Shown: positions 49,558 through 59,491 of the stretch, piece after piece
Position numbering within the stretch: position 1 is the first letter of the stretch
Layout: the number at the start of each line of letters is the position of its first letter
Source: an uncultured Candidatus Saccharibacteria bacterium
Lineage (GTDB): Bacteria > Patescibacteriota > Minisyncoccia > Phycocordibacterales > UBA9973
NCBI GenBank assembly: GCA_964606285.1
Contig: CAZSFP010000001.1
Location: forward strand, 5,376 to 69,375
DNA: 64,000 nucleotides
Direction of reading: 5' to 3'
Made by a program: the position numbers and the translations under genes
The notes under the pieces: model-generated
Database searches by the model: none
Seen by the model: only the letters and a program-made list of their open reading frames with translations
Told to the model about the DNA's origin: nothing

Positions 49558-49878
49558 GTGATTATGAAATCTGCAGTTATACAGACAGGGGGAAAACAAT
49601 ACGTCGTCGCCATTGGTGATGTCGTTACCATCGAGAAATTGCCAGACGTTGCTGTCGGGTCAAAAGTCTCATTTGATCAGGTTTTTTTGAAGACTGATGG
49701 TGACGCTGTCACTGTTGGAACACCACTCGTATCAGGTGGACTCGTCTCTGGTGAAGTCACTGCACTCGGTCGCGCAGCGAAAGTCATCGTCATGCGTTAC
49801 AAACAAAAGAGTCGTTATCTCAAAAAGAATGGCCACCGCCAACCATTCGTCAAAGTTAAAATTACGGCAATTGCGTAA
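49558..49878 (+). CDS. rplU: 50S ribosomal protein L21
   Basis: MKSAVIQTGGKQYVVAIGDVVTIEKL..; ~105 aa. Confidence 0.88.
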   Translation: MIMKSAVIQTGGKQYVVAIGDVVTIEKLPDVAVGSKVSFDQVFLKTDGDAVTVGTPLVSGGLVSGEVTALGRAAKVIVMRYKQKSRYLKKNGHRQPFVKVKITAIA

Positions 49879-49940
49879 CATAAAAAATTCCCTCAAATTT
49901 GAGGGAATTTTTTTGAATATATTGTATATTCTCTTAAAAG

Positions 49941-50159
49941 TTGTATGATAAAGAAAAAATAAATGACATGGCTGAACTAAAGGCTTCATTGGACCAACTG
50001 TTTAAAAATGGCAAAGATTTCGAATTTAATATGGGAGATTATTCGACCAAAAAATCTGAGCGAGAAATGACTCGATTAGAAGTAAAGTACAAAGAACTTG
50101 ATAAGAGTTCTTGCGTGGATTTTAATGATCCAATTATGAGAACCCCATTTGTTATTTAA
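49941..50159 (+). CDS. hypothetical small protein
   Basis: ORF only. Confidence 0.3.
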   Translation: MYDKEKINDMAELKASLDQLFKNGKDFEFNMGDYSTKKSEREMTRLEVKYKELDKSSCVDFNDPIMRTPFVI

Positions 50160-50177
50160 AAATAAATACTTATAGCT

Positions 50178-50375
50178 ATGGAAGAAGACATCAAGAGTAC
50201 TTACGAAAAATTAATTGATGAGCTAAATGCTGAAGGTAAAATTATCACAATGACACCTCAAGAACACGAAGAACTTGCTCGTGATATGAGCAGAGGTATG
50301 CAAGAATTTGAGAATGAACAAAGAGCAAGAACTGCATATACTCTCAAACACATGAATGATTTTGTAATGTTTTAA
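50178..50375 (+). CDS. hypothetical small protein
   Basis: ORF only. Confidence 0.3.
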   Translation: MEEDIKSTYEKLIDELNAEGKIITMTPQEHEELARDMSRGMQEFENEQRARTAYTLKHMNDFVMF

Positions 50376-50404
50376 ACAAAAATCCCCAGAATTCGGGGAT
50401 TTTT

Positions 50405-50998
50405 TTATTGGCGATTTTGGAGAGCGTACTTTACGGTTTCTGAATCAGAATATTCGATTTCGGTACCGGTTGAGAGGCCACGGCCGAGGCTGGAGATTTT
50501 TATTTTAAATGGTGCGAGGAATTCACGCATTTTCTCATCAGTATGATCGCCATCGGGTGTCAGTGAAAAGGCGAGAATAATTTCTTTGAGATCTCCAGAG
50601 AGATCACGAATGCGTTTTTCGAGCTGTGCTGTCCGTGCACGAGTTTGGCGTTTTTCGATGAGTGGAATCGTATCACCAAGGACGAAATAATTGCCACCGT
50701 ATAGACCACTTTTTTTGATGACATCATGATCGGTGTCTTTCTCAACAACGAGGAGAATGGAGCGATCGACAGATGGATTACTGCAGGTATCACAGATACC
50801 GTCAGTGCCTATCCGTGAATAGCGGAGACAGAGCGGACATTGCTGGACGGCTTGCTTGAGTGTTTCTATTGTCTGAGCAAGATCAGTCACATAGTCGCGA
50901 TTCTGTGCGAGGAGAAAATAGACAAAGCGACGGGATTGGCGTTCACCGATACCCGGGAATCGTGCAAAAAGTTGTGCGAGTTTATCGAGATGTTCCAT
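50405..50998 (-). CDS. recR: recombination protein RecR
   Basis: HhH FPGIGERQSRRFVYFLL, C4 zinc finger CPLC..CDTC, Toprim domain. Confidence 0.92.
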   Translation of the reverse strand: MEHLDKLAQLFARFPGIGERQSRRFVYFLLAQNRDYVTDLAQTIETLKQAVQQCPLCLRYSRIGTDGICDTCSNPSVDRSILLVVEKDTDHDVIKKSGLYGGNYFVLGDTIPLIEKRQTRARTAQLEKRIRDLSGDLKEIILAFSLTPDGDHTDEKMREFLAPFKIKISSLGRGLSTGTEIEYSDSETVKYALQNRQ

Positions 50999-51001
50999 AT
51001 A

Positions 51002-52387
51002 TTAAAAACTTTCAAAACTTTTATCGGCTTGCGTCATTTTGGAATAACCGTTGTCTTTGACCATGTCCACAAACGTTGCTTTGTCGGCATCAAAGTAAAG
51101 TTCAGCGATACCGGTCGGACCATTGCGGTGTTTTTCAACGATGATTTCGGCAATGTTTGTACGCTCTGATTCGTCTTTACCTTTGTCTTCACGGTGAATG
51201 AACATGACCACGTCCGCGTCCTGTTCGATCGCACCAGAGTCACGAAGGTCAGAGAGTCGTGGTCGGCCGCCACGTTGTTCGACGGCACGAGACAACTGGG
51301 AGAGGGCGAGAACCGGAACGTTGAGTTCACGGGCGAGCGCTTTGAGCGATCGAGAGATTTCTGCGATCTGGTGCACCATCGAATCATAGTTCTTTGTGGT
51401 CGTCATGAGCTGAAGATAGTCGACGACGATGAGTCCGAGTCCGTGTTCACTTTTCATTTTACGGGCGACGGATTTCATGCGGATGATCGAACTGCCTGCC
51501 TGGTCATCGATGAGGATCGGTGATTTTGCCAAACGGTCCATCGCTTCAGATAGTGCAGCAAAGTCGTTGTCTTTCAAATTTTTACCCGTACGGATGTTCC
51601 ACTGGTTGACGCGTGATTCGGCAGAGAGCATACGCTGTGCGAGCTGTGATGAACTCATTTCGAGTGAGAAGATACCGACAGGGATGTTGTGCTTTGTCGC
51701 AGCGAGACGTGCCATATCGAGGGCGAGCGTGGTTTTACCGACAGATGGTCGGGCCGCGAGAATGATGAGATCGGATTTGTGAAAACCGGCGAGCAAATTA
51801 TCAAGCGCCTGGAATCCGGTTGGTACACCCAAGAGTTCTTCTTTGGATTCGTGAAGACGGGAAAGCTCTTCCCATGTTTCGGTAAGGGTTTGTTTCAAAC
51901 TGACAAATTTCTGTGTTTTTGGTGAAGATACAAGTGTAAAAATTTTTTTCTCGGCTTCGTCGAGGACTTCATCGATGTCTTCGGATTCTTCACCGAAACC
52001 AAGTGTGGTGATCGCATCACCGGCTTCGATCAATCCACGAAGAATGTGTTTGCGGTGTACGATCTCGGCGTAGTGACGGACGTTTGTTGCAGCTGGGACC
52101 ATGTTTGCAAGTTCAGAGAGATAGCTCGCACCACCGATGCCGTCGAGTTCTTTGCGTTCACCGAGTTTTGCTGAAACAGAGAGGAGGTCGATTGGTTCAC
52201 TGCGGGAAAAGAGGTCGATCATTGCTCGATAAATAGTCCCATGTTTTGTCGCATAAAAGGCTTCTGGAGTGAGGATATCACTGATCTCATGGAATGCACC
52301 GGCACGAAGCATGACCGAACCGAGTACGGCTTGTTCGGCGTCGAGATTGTGTGGCGGTACGCGGAGATGTGACTGGTTTTTGCTCAT
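51002..52387 (-). CDS. dnaB: replicative DNA helicase DnaB
   Basis: N-terminal PPHNLDAEQAVLGSVML; RecA-like domain with Walker A ARPSVGKTTLAL. Confidence 0.93.
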   Translation of the reverse strand: MSKNQSHLRVPPHNLDAEQAVLGSVMLRAGAFHEISDILTPEAFYATKHGTIYRAMIDLFSRSEPIDLLSVSAKLGERKELDGIGGASYLSELANMVPAATNVRHYAEIVHRKHILRGLIEAGDAITTLGFGEESEDIDEVLDEAEKKIFTLVSSPKTQKFVSLKQTLTETWEELSRLHESKEELLGVPTGFQALDNLLAGFHKSDLIILAARPSVGKTTLALDMARLAATKHNIPVGIFSLEMSSSQLAQRMLSAESRVNQWNIRTGKNLKDNDFAALSEAMDRLAKSPILIDDQAGSSIIRMKSVARKMKSEHGLGLIVVDYLQLMTTTKNYDSMVHQIAEISRSLKALARELNVPVLALSQLSRAVEQRGGRPRLSDLRDSGAIEQDADVVMFIHREDKGKDESERTNIAEIIVEKHRNGPTGIAELYFDADKATFVDMVKDNGYSKMTQADKSFESF

Positions 52388-52493
52388 TAGTGTCTATCAT
52401 ACCACAGGAGAGAACAGTACCTCCACGGACAAAATTGCATAACTTTGTTGATATGCTGTGGAAAAGATTCTCTCTATCTGATACTATGGAAAC

Positions 52494-53435
52494 ATGCAAA
52501 AAAAGATTTTAATTTCAGGAATTCAGCCAAGCGGTAAGGTTCATATTGGAAACTATTTCGGTATGATGAAGCAGCTTGTTGATATGCAAGACGATCATGA
52601 ATCTTTTGCATTTATCCCAAACTATCATTCATTGACCAGTATCCACGCGGCAAAAGAAGTCAAAGACAACACCAATGATCTCGTCCTTGATTATCTCGCT
52701 ATCGGTATTGATCCAGAAAAAGTTTCTATTTTCAAACAATCAGACGTTCCAGAAGTAACCGAACTGACATGGATTTTCAATTGTCTCGTCACTATGCCAT
52801 GGCTCGCACGTGCACATGCGTTCAAAGATAAAACTGACAAAGGCATGGAAGCAAATGTTGGACTATTTGATTATCCAGTTCTCATGGCGGCAGATATACT
52901 TTTGTATGATAGTGAGGTGGTGCCTGTCGGTAAAGATCAAAAGCAGCATGTTGAAATGGCACGCGAGGTTGCACAAAAATTCAACAATGCATTTGGTGAG
53001 ACGTTCAAGATACCACAAGAATTTATCAAAGAAGATGTTGCTGTTGTTCCTGGAACTGACGGGCAGAAAATGTCCAAATCATACGGCAACACCATTCCGC
53101 TTTTTGGAACTGATGAAGAGATCAAGAAGGCTGTCATGTCTATCGTGACAGATTCATCCGGCGATGTACCGACAAATGTCTATGCGATTCATAAACTTTT
53201 TAAATCTGAATCCGAACTCACTGCGCTGTATGAAGAAAAGAAAGGGAAGTACAAAGACCTCAAGGAAGCACTCCTTGCCGACATTATCGCATTTGTGACA
53301 CCGATGCGCGAACGCCGAGCTGTATTTGCATCACAACCAGAACTTGTCGCAGATATTCTCCGTCGTGGCGCTGAAAAAGCCCGCGCCCGTGCCCAAGCAA
53401 AAATGAAAATCGTGAGAGAACGAGTAGGATTATAA
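52494..53435 (+). CDS. trpS: tryptophan--tRNA ligase
   Basis: ISGIQPSGKVHIGNYFG (HIGH-type) and KMSKSYGN. Confidence 0.93.
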   Translation: MQKKILISGIQPSGKVHIGNYFGMMKQLVDMQDDHESFAFIPNYHSLTSIHAAKEVKDNTNDLVLDYLAIGIDPEKVSIFKQSDVPEVTELTWIFNCLVTMPWLARAHAFKDKTDKGMEANVGLFDYPVLMAADILLYDSEVVPVGKDQKQHVEMAREVAQKFNNAFGETFKIPQEFIKEDVAVVPGTDGQKMSKSYGNTIPLFGTDEEIKKAVMSIVTDSSGDVPTNVYAIHKLFKSESELTALYEEKKGKYKDLKEALLADIIAFVTPMRERRAVFASQPELVADILRRGAEKARARAQAKMKIVRERVGL

Positions 53436-53442
53436 AAAACAT

Positions 53443-55257
53443 ATGGATACGAAAAAAGAAACAATATTCCATCATTGGAAAAATTTCCTTAAAAACATTA
53501 GGGAAATTTTTACTATTTCATGGAAAGAAGACAAATGGAAATTGATTGGATATTTTATCGGATCAACATGTGTTGCACTTGTTCCTGTATTTCAGTCATA
53601 TGCCAACAAAGTTCTAGTCAACGGAGTTATTGAGGCTGTCACACTACAAAATCTCGGACATCTTTGGTTTGTTGTTGTTATATTGGCGATCGCATATACA
53701 ACCCCAGGTGTCTTTTATAGTTTTAATCATTTCTTTGAGCGGAGTATTTTTTTTACTTTAAATAAAGTTTTTGATCTGGCTGTGGAGTCCAAGCGCAGTG
53801 AATTGGATATTCTCCAATACGAAGATTCAAAGTTCAACAATTTTGTGAATCGAGTAAATGAAAAAGGTATTTGGGTCATAGGAAATATGACAACAACTGT
53901 ATTTTATGATTATCAAAGTATTATCACAATACTTATGTCTGCTGCTGTTGTGGGATTTTATTCTCCTGTTATTTTATTTCTTTTGATTCTTTCATCTATT
54001 CCACAACTCATCCTCAATACCAAGTTTGCAAATATGCAGTGGTATTTGTGGGGAGATGATGTGAATGCGGAGGAACGGAGAAAATATTGGGCAGTAAAAG
54101 GGACACTTTCTTCAATTTCTGATATTACTGAAGTGAAGTTATTTAACTTAAAGAGAAATTTCATCATGCGATTGAGTAATTTTATTGAAAGAATAAAAGA
54201 AATTCAAAACAAGAATAATCGAAAAAAACTTGTATGGTCTCTTGTAACAAATATCCTTGGACAAAGTGCTGTTATTTTTGGAATTTTATATATGATTCGG
54301 GATGCGATTGAAGGAACATTTTCTATAGGTTCGATCGTTCTCGTCGCAGGAGTCATGGCAAGTTTCCAAAATTCTTTGGCAGAATTATTTACCAGTCTGG
54401 GGAGAAATCACGAGGATAGAAAATACCTCCATGATCTTCTTGTGTTTTTAAAAATACAACCGGCTATTGTTGATGGAAAACAAGTGATTGATTTTGATAA
54501 AGCGCCTGAAATTTCATTCAATGCTATTACTTTTTCATATCCAAACAGTGAAAAAAAGATATATGACAATTTTTCTCTTACGATAAAAAGAGGAGAAAAA
54601 ATTGCAATTATAGGCCTCAATGGTGCAGGAAAAACAACGTTGGTAAAATTACTCTGCCGATTTTATGATCCGACAAAAGGTTCTGTCACTATCGGTGGTA
54701 TCAATCTCAAAGATATCAAAAAGCGAACCTGGTATGACCATATTGGAGTTTTGTTCCAAGATTTTGCAAAATATAAATTTACGACTATTGGAGAATTGAT
54801 CAGCCTCGGAGACATTCATTCATTGCCAAATGACGGAGCAGTCCAAAAAGCAGGGAAACAAGCCGATGCTGAGAGTTTCATCAAAGCTTTTCCAAAAGGA
54901 TATGAACAACAACTAGGAAAAGAATTTACTGATGGTGTAGATCCGTCTGGAGGACAATGGCAGAAGCTCGCCATCGCTCGACTTTTCTATAGAAATCCAA
55001 AAATCTGGATTTTGGATGAGCCGACAGCGGCGGTTGATGCTGATGCTGAAGCAAAAATATTTTCACAGCTTGAAAAACTTCCGAGAAATACAACAGTCAT
55101 TTTGATTTCGCACAGATTCTCAACTGTTCGAACCGCAGATCGTATCGTTGTTATCGACGCTGGCAAGGTACGAGAGCAAGGAACTCATGAAGAGCTTATG
55201 GCAATGGGTGGCGAATATGCGAGATTGTTTAGTTTGCAGGCTGAGGGATATAAATAA
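53443..55257 (+). CDS. ABC exporter, fused permease/ATP-binding protein (MsbA/lipid-exporter-like)
   Basis: 6-TM domain, then an NBD with GLNGAGKTTLVKLL, LSGGQWQKLAIAR and ILDEPTAAVD. Confidence 0.88.
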   Translation: MDTKKETIFHHWKNFLKNIREIFTISWKEDKWKLIGYFIGSTCVALVPVFQSYANKVLVNGVIEAVTLQNLGHLWFVVVILAIAYTTPGVFYSFNHFFERSIFFTLNKVFDLAVESKRSELDILQYEDSKFNNFVNRVNEKGIWVIGNMTTTVFYDYQSIITILMSAAVVGFYSPVILFLLILSSIPQLILNTKFANMQWYLWGDDVNAEERRKYWAVKGTLSSISDITEVKLFNLKRNFIMRLSNFIERIKEIQNKNNRKKLVWSLVTNILGQSAVIFGILYMIRDAIEGTFSIGSIVLVAGVMASFQNSLAELFTSLGRNHEDRKYLHDLLVFLKIQPAIVDGKQVIDFDKAPEISFNAITFSYPNSEKKIYDNFSLTIKRGEKIAIIGLNGAGKTTLVKLLCRFYDPTKGSVTIGGINLKDIKKRTWYDHIGVLFQDFAKYKFTTIGELISLGDIHSLPNDGAVQKAGKQADAESFIKAFPKGYEQQLGKEFTDGVDPSGGQWQKLAIARLFYRNPKIWILDEPTAAVDADAEAKIFSQLEKLPRNTTVILISHRFSTVRTADRIVVIDAGKVREQGTHEELMAMGGEYARLFSLQAEGYK

Positions 55258-55380
55258 TAAATTCAAATAATAAATTCCTTGAAAAAACACACCACGGGCG
55301 TGTTTTTTTTGTTCGTTTTTTACTTTTTGACATATCTTCTGTTTAGGAATACTATGATGGAAAATCTTTAATAAAATCAC

Positions 55381-56448
55381 ATGTATAAGGAAAAGAAGTT
55401 GAAATTCTTGGGATATGATTTGATGCGCAAGAAGTACATCAGAATCAATATGAGAAAGAACGGATTGGAAATACATCAATTGGAATTCGCGGAGAATGTA
55501 CTTTGTGTTATGGAACAAGTATCCAATGTTTCTCCTGATGTCATTATTACCCCGACTCGTTCGGATACGGTTGTTGATTTGAAAGAAATATTTATACATT
55601 TTCTTTCGCTAGCTGGTCTGACAATACAAGAGATTACCGCTTTTTTGTTGTCAAAAAACGACCGGGCGTTGAGTCGTCCTTCTGTCTGGTGTTTTATGAA
55701 ATCATTTAGTGAAAAACACGAGAAAGATACATACATCAAAGAATTGGTTTCGGATATCATGACGGCTGGTGTTTCATTGCTTTTGAAAGATTTCCCGAAA
55801 AAACAAATTTTTCCTCGGCAGTATGGATCTATTCCGTTTGATGAAAAAACAGGAATGTATTCCCGTGACAAAATCATCCTTGATGGAATTTCTCCACAAA
55901 AAATAAAAGAGGCAGAACGTGTTCTCTGTATTATATCCAGGATTACAAAACTGGAAATGAAGGACATCATCAGTGCAAGTCAGGAAAGAAAATTCGTTGA
56001 TGCTCGTAGAATGTATATTTATTTTTTGAGGAAAAAATTCAAATTCTCTTTATCTGTGTGTGGTCGGTTTTTTGTTTCAAAAAAAGTTGGCCAACACCAG
56101 AAAGATCACGCAACTATTTTTCATGCATTAAAAAGCCATAAGGCGCTTATAGATAGCAACGACAAAGTTTATACTGCGGTATTTCAGGAGGTTATGAGTG
56201 TCTTTCAGAAAAATGCATGTTTCTTGCAGATTTATGAGCTCGAAGGATATTCTTTCAATGGACAAGAAGTTCAAAAGATTATTTTGGTAAACAAGGTGAG
56301 TCACGAATCTGTTGTTTCTGGTGATAATTGGTTTAGTTATGAAGAGCTTTTATTGCTTTTGCACCAAAACAAAATTACTGATCCTGTCATTACAAGCACC
56401 ATGATGCGGAATCCTGATTACTTCACCAAAAAACGACTAGCTGCATAG
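55381..56448 (+). CDS. protein composed of two tandem DnaA domain-IV (DnaA C-terminal HTH) repeats, no AAA+ module
   Basis: Repeat 1 ..ITAFLLSKNDRALSRPSVWCFM.. and repeat 2 ..RKFVDARRMYIYFLRK.FSLSVCGRFF.....DHATIFHALKSHKAL.. both follow the DnaA-box-binding pattern (LLSKRRS..ARPRQ.AMYL....SL..IG..FGGRDHTTV.HA..KI). Confidence 0.6.
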   Translation: MYKEKKLKFLGYDLMRKKYIRINMRKNGLEIHQLEFAENVLCVMEQVSNVSPDVIITPTRSDTVVDLKEIFIHFLSLAGLTIQEITAFLLSKNDRALSRPSVWCFMKSFSEKHEKDTYIKELVSDIMTAGVSLLLKDFPKKQIFPRQYGSIPFDEKTGMYSRDKIILDGISPQKIKEAERVLCIISRITKLEMKDIISASQERKFVDARRMYIYFLRKKFKFSLSVCGRFFVSKKVGQHQKDHATIFHALKSHKALIDSNDKVYTAVFQEVMSVFQKNACFLQIYELEGYSFNGQEVQKIILVNKVSHESVVSGDNWFSYEELLLLLHQNKITDPVITSTMMRNPDYFTKKRLAA

Positions 56449-56513
56449 TCGTTTTTTTTATTGATAAATTAAATATTTAGTGTAATATATAGAAAAACTT
56501 AAATCTCCAAATC

Positions 56514-56762
56514 ATGTTTCTTTCAAATATATTTGAATACTCGTCAAATCATCCTCATTCTCGAGAAGATGTTCTAAAAGATATTATTGCTTGGATGAAA
56601 TTAATAGAATCAATGACTGAATACAAAGGAAGAGAAATAATAAGTCAATCTCATTCAATATCTCTTGATTCATCAGGATTTATGAGTTACTGTGGTTCAG
56701 CAATTCTTCAATTAGGGAAAACAGAAGAAGAAAAGAAGAAGGAAGATGACAGTAAGAAATAA
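56514..56762 (+). CDS. hypothetical small protein
   Basis: ORF only. Confidence 0.35.
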   Translation: MFLSNIFEYSSNHPHSREDVLKDIIAWMKLIESMTEYKGREIISQSHSISLDSSGFMSYCGSAILQLGKTEEEKKKEDDSKK

Positions 56763-56877
56763 AATAAGATTATTCAATAACAAAAAGCGTCCCATGGGCG
56801 CTTTTTTTGTTACTAAAAATCTATTTGACTTAATATCATTTTGATGATATTTTGAAGAAAAAATTAAAAACAGGAAT

Positions 56878-57384
56878 ATGATAGCAGAAAAATCAACAGT
56901 TAAAAAAGTCTCTAAAATTCCAGATGAACTTCTTCCAATGGATCATGAAAAATACTTCAAAGGTATATGTAGAGGCTGTCGACATCTTGGGTATGGTGTT
57001 GGCGGACCGTATTGTGGAAAATTTGATGGATTCCATTGGGATTCTCGTGGTGAAAAAACCAGGCAATTGCTCGATGGAAACTGTGGAGGAATACTTGAAA
57101 AGATTCTTGAACTCAAAGCTCTCATTATCGGAAAATCAGTGATATGTGCATTGAAAAAAGTTAAAAAGTTCGGAAAAATCAAAGATATTGTTTTTGAAAA
57201 AGAAAAAAATTTGTTGTACATAACAATGTCTTTAAAAAACAAGAAAAAAGATTATGTGTTAACTCGTTCAATTGAACACATGAAAATAACGAACATGCCA
57301 CATTCCAATTATTTTCAATTTGTTTGGGGACAGGAGGGAAATGATTATTGGGAGATGGAAACCGTAATGATCATAAAGAAGTAA
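56878..57384 (+). CDS. hypothetical Cys-rich protein (CxxC...C...C N-terminal cluster)
   Basis: ORF; KGICRGCRHLGYGVGGPYCGK..NCGG. Confidence 0.45.
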   Translation: MIAEKSTVKKVSKIPDELLPMDHEKYFKGICRGCRHLGYGVGGPYCGKFDGFHWDSRGEKTRQLLDGNCGGILEKILELKALIIGKSVICALKKVKKFGKIKDIVFEKEKNLLYITMSLKNKKKDYVLTRSIEHMKITNMPHSNYFQFVWGQEGNDYWEMETVMIIKK

Positions 57385-57444
57385 TTTCATAAAAGCGTCG
57401 AATAGGCGCTTTTTTTGTTGTCTGGAATCTGGTATATTTAGCAA

Positions 57445-59226
57445 ATGCTATCCTCAAACGATATTCGGAACCGATTCCTCCAATTTTTCAAAAACCGCGG
57501 ACACGCGATTATCCCGTCTGCATCACTCGTACCTGAAAACGATCCATCCGTTCTTTTCAATACTGCAGGTATGCAACCACTCGTGCCGTATCTCATGGGA
57601 CAAAAGCATCCATTGGGGAATCGTCTCGCAAGTGCACAAAAATGCGTTCGAACAGGTGATATAGAAGAAGTCGGCAATCACAAGAACCTCACATTTTTTG
57701 AAATGCTTGGCAATTGGTCCCTTGGTGACCCGACTTCACCTGATGGTGTTGGTCGGGCAGGCTATTTCAAAGAAGATGCGATCAAGTGGAGCTTTGAATT
57801 TCTCACATCCAAAGAAGAAGGACTTGGTTTTGATCCATCACGTCTGTATATCACAGTGTTCGAAGGTGATGCAGATGCGCCGCGAGATCTGGAAGCTGTA
57901 GAAATCTGGAAAAAGTATATTTCAGAAAACAGAATTTATTTCTTGCCGAAAAAAAATAACTGGTGGAGTCCAGGAGACAATGGTCCATGCGGTCCGGATA
58001 CCGAAATGTTTTATGATGTCACACCTGATGGACTCGGTGATATGACGCATGATGAATATGTTGCAGCGGACGATGACGGTCGGGTTGTGGAGATTTGGAA
58101 TGATGTATTCATGGAATATGAGAAAAAAGACGGAAACGTTATCGGCAAGCTTGCACAAAAAAATGTTGATACTGGTAGTGGACTTGAACGTGTCACAATG
58201 ATCGCGCAAGGAAAATCAAATGTGTATGAAGCCGACATGTTTGCACCAGTAATGGATATCATCAAGGAAAATAGTTCTCAGTTTGAACAGCGATCAGCAC
58301 GAATTGTTGCAGACCATATTCGAACAGGAATATTTTTGATCGCGGATGGTATTTTTCCATCAAACAAAGATCAGGGATACGTACTTCGACGCCTTATTCG
58401 TCGTGCGGTAATGCAAGGCAAACAATTGCAACTCACCGCAGAAACAATGCAATCCATCGCAGTGTGGTACATAGATTTTTATACAGATGCATATCCAAAT
58501 CTTTTTGAACAAAAAGACCATATTATTCAAATTCTTGGTGGTGAACAAGAAAAATTCCAAAAAACTCTCGACCAAGGCCTCAAGGAATTTGAAAAAGGAG
58601 CAGATCCATTTATTCTTGCGACGAGTTATGGATTTCCGATTGAGCTCACAGAAGAATTGGCAAAAGAAAAGGGAATTGTAATCGATCGAGCTTCATTTGA
58701 TGTTAAAATGAAAGAACATCAAGATCTCTCTCGCTCTGGTTCAGAGCAAAAATTCAAAGGCGGTCTCGCAAATCACAACGAACAGACGGTGAAGTTGCAC
58801 ACTGCACACCACCTCCTGCTTGCTGCACTTCAACAAGTCGTCAGTCCTGATATCAAGCAGCGGGGAAGTAATATTACTGAGGAGCGTCTTCGTATGGATT
58901 TCTCATTTGATCGCAAAGTCACTCCTGAAGAATTACAAAAAGTCGAAGATTTGGTCAATGAAAAAATTCAGGCGAAACATGTAGTCATTCGTCGTGAGAT
59001 GTCACTTACTGAAGCAGAAAAGATTGGTGCTCAAATGGAATTCGGTGCGAAGTACCCTGAAACGGTCAGTGTATATTTCATCGAAGACGAAACCGGCAAC
59101 CCATTTTCAAAAGAATTCTGCGGAGGACCACACGTTTCAAACACTGGTGAGCTTGGACACTTCAAAATTCAAAAAGAAGAAGCGTCGTCGGCTGGTGTTC
59201 GCCGCATCAAGGCGATTTTGGAATAG
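57445..59226 (+). CDS. alaS: alanine--tRNA ligase (short form: catalytic + editing domains, no C-Ala domain)
   Basis: N-terminal FLQFFKNRGHAIIPSASLVPENDPSVLFNTAGM; editing-site HTAHHLL; 593 aa. Confidence 0.9.
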   Translation: MLSSNDIRNRFLQFFKNRGHAIIPSASLVPENDPSVLFNTAGMQPLVPYLMGQKHPLGNRLASAQKCVRTGDIEEVGNHKNLTFFEMLGNWSLGDPTSPDGVGRAGYFKEDAIKWSFEFLTSKEEGLGFDPSRLYITVFEGDADAPRDLEAVEIWKKYISENRIYFLPKKNNWWSPGDNGPCGPDTEMFYDVTPDGLGDMTHDEYVAADDDGRVVEIWNDVFMEYEKKDGNVIGKLAQKNVDTGSGLERVTMIAQGKSNVYEADMFAPVMDIIKENSSQFEQRSARIVADHIRTGIFLIADGIFPSNKDQGYVLRRLIRRAVMQGKQLQLTAETMQSIAVWYIDFYTDAYPNLFEQKDHIIQILGGEQEKFQKTLDQGLKEFEKGADPFILATSYGFPIELTEELAKEKGIVIDRASFDVKMKEHQDLSRSGSEQKFKGGLANHNEQTVKLHTAHHLLLAALQQVVSPDIKQRGSNITEERLRMDFSFDRKVTPEELQKVEDLVNEKIQAKHVVIRREMSLTEAEKIGAQMEFGAKYPETVSVYFIEDETGNPFSKEFCGGPHVSNTGELGHFKIQKEEASSAGVRRIKAILE

Positions 59227-59240
59227 TTTCAATGGGTAGT

Positions 59241-59269
59241 TTGACATTTTCTAAAATAAAAAGTATAAA
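59241..59269 (+). promoter_or_regulatory. near-consensus sigma70 promoter (TTGACA-N17-TATAAA) driving the ncRNA/RT unit
   Basis: ttgacattttctaaaataaaaagtataaa; predicted transcription start ~59276. Confidence 0.6.
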
Positions 59270-59275
59270 TATGAT

Positions 59276-59480
59276 ACTCCGGTTTCTATTGATGAAACAT
59301 TTCATTGAATAGTTCAATTTTCAGCAGTCAGTATCTGGCTGTCACGATGAACGTTATGTCTCGGGGGATTAAATTCCCACTGACTCAAGGCACGCACTGC
59401 GTGCGTAGAATGAAGTGAGCTCAGGGTTGCGCAAGCAACTCTGAGCGACCGGTTATTTGTACTTTTCTAACTAAATAAAA
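59276..59480 (+). ncRNA. structured non-coding RNA candidate upstream of the RT (retron msr/msd-like or DRT template RNA)
   Basis: No ORF. Nested stems agtcagt/actgact (59326-59388), gcacgc-act-gcgtgc (59391-59405), gctcag-g-gttgcGCAAgcaac-t-ctgagc (59419-59447). Flanked by diverged direct repeats ccggtttctattg (59279) / ccggttatttgta (59449) and acattttctaaaataaaaa / acttttctaactaaataaaaa. Confidence 0.5.
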
Positions 59481-59491
59481 ACTAAAACACA

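Noticed and set aside
59279-59454. Test of the DRT2-style 'nearly endless ORF' idea: whether the direct-repeat-bounded ncRNA core lacks stop codons so that a rolling-circle cDNA concatemer could encode a protein
   Set aside because: By manual scan all three forward frames and all three reverse frames of the 176-nt unit contain stop codons (for example tga at +11/+27/+69 and tag at +31 from 59279; reverse-strand stops at plus-strand tta +75/+90, cta +7 and several tca). The unit length (~170) is also not a multiple of 3. This does not exclude a different jump point, so the general RT + ncRNA call stands but the specific Neo-like mechanism is unsupported.
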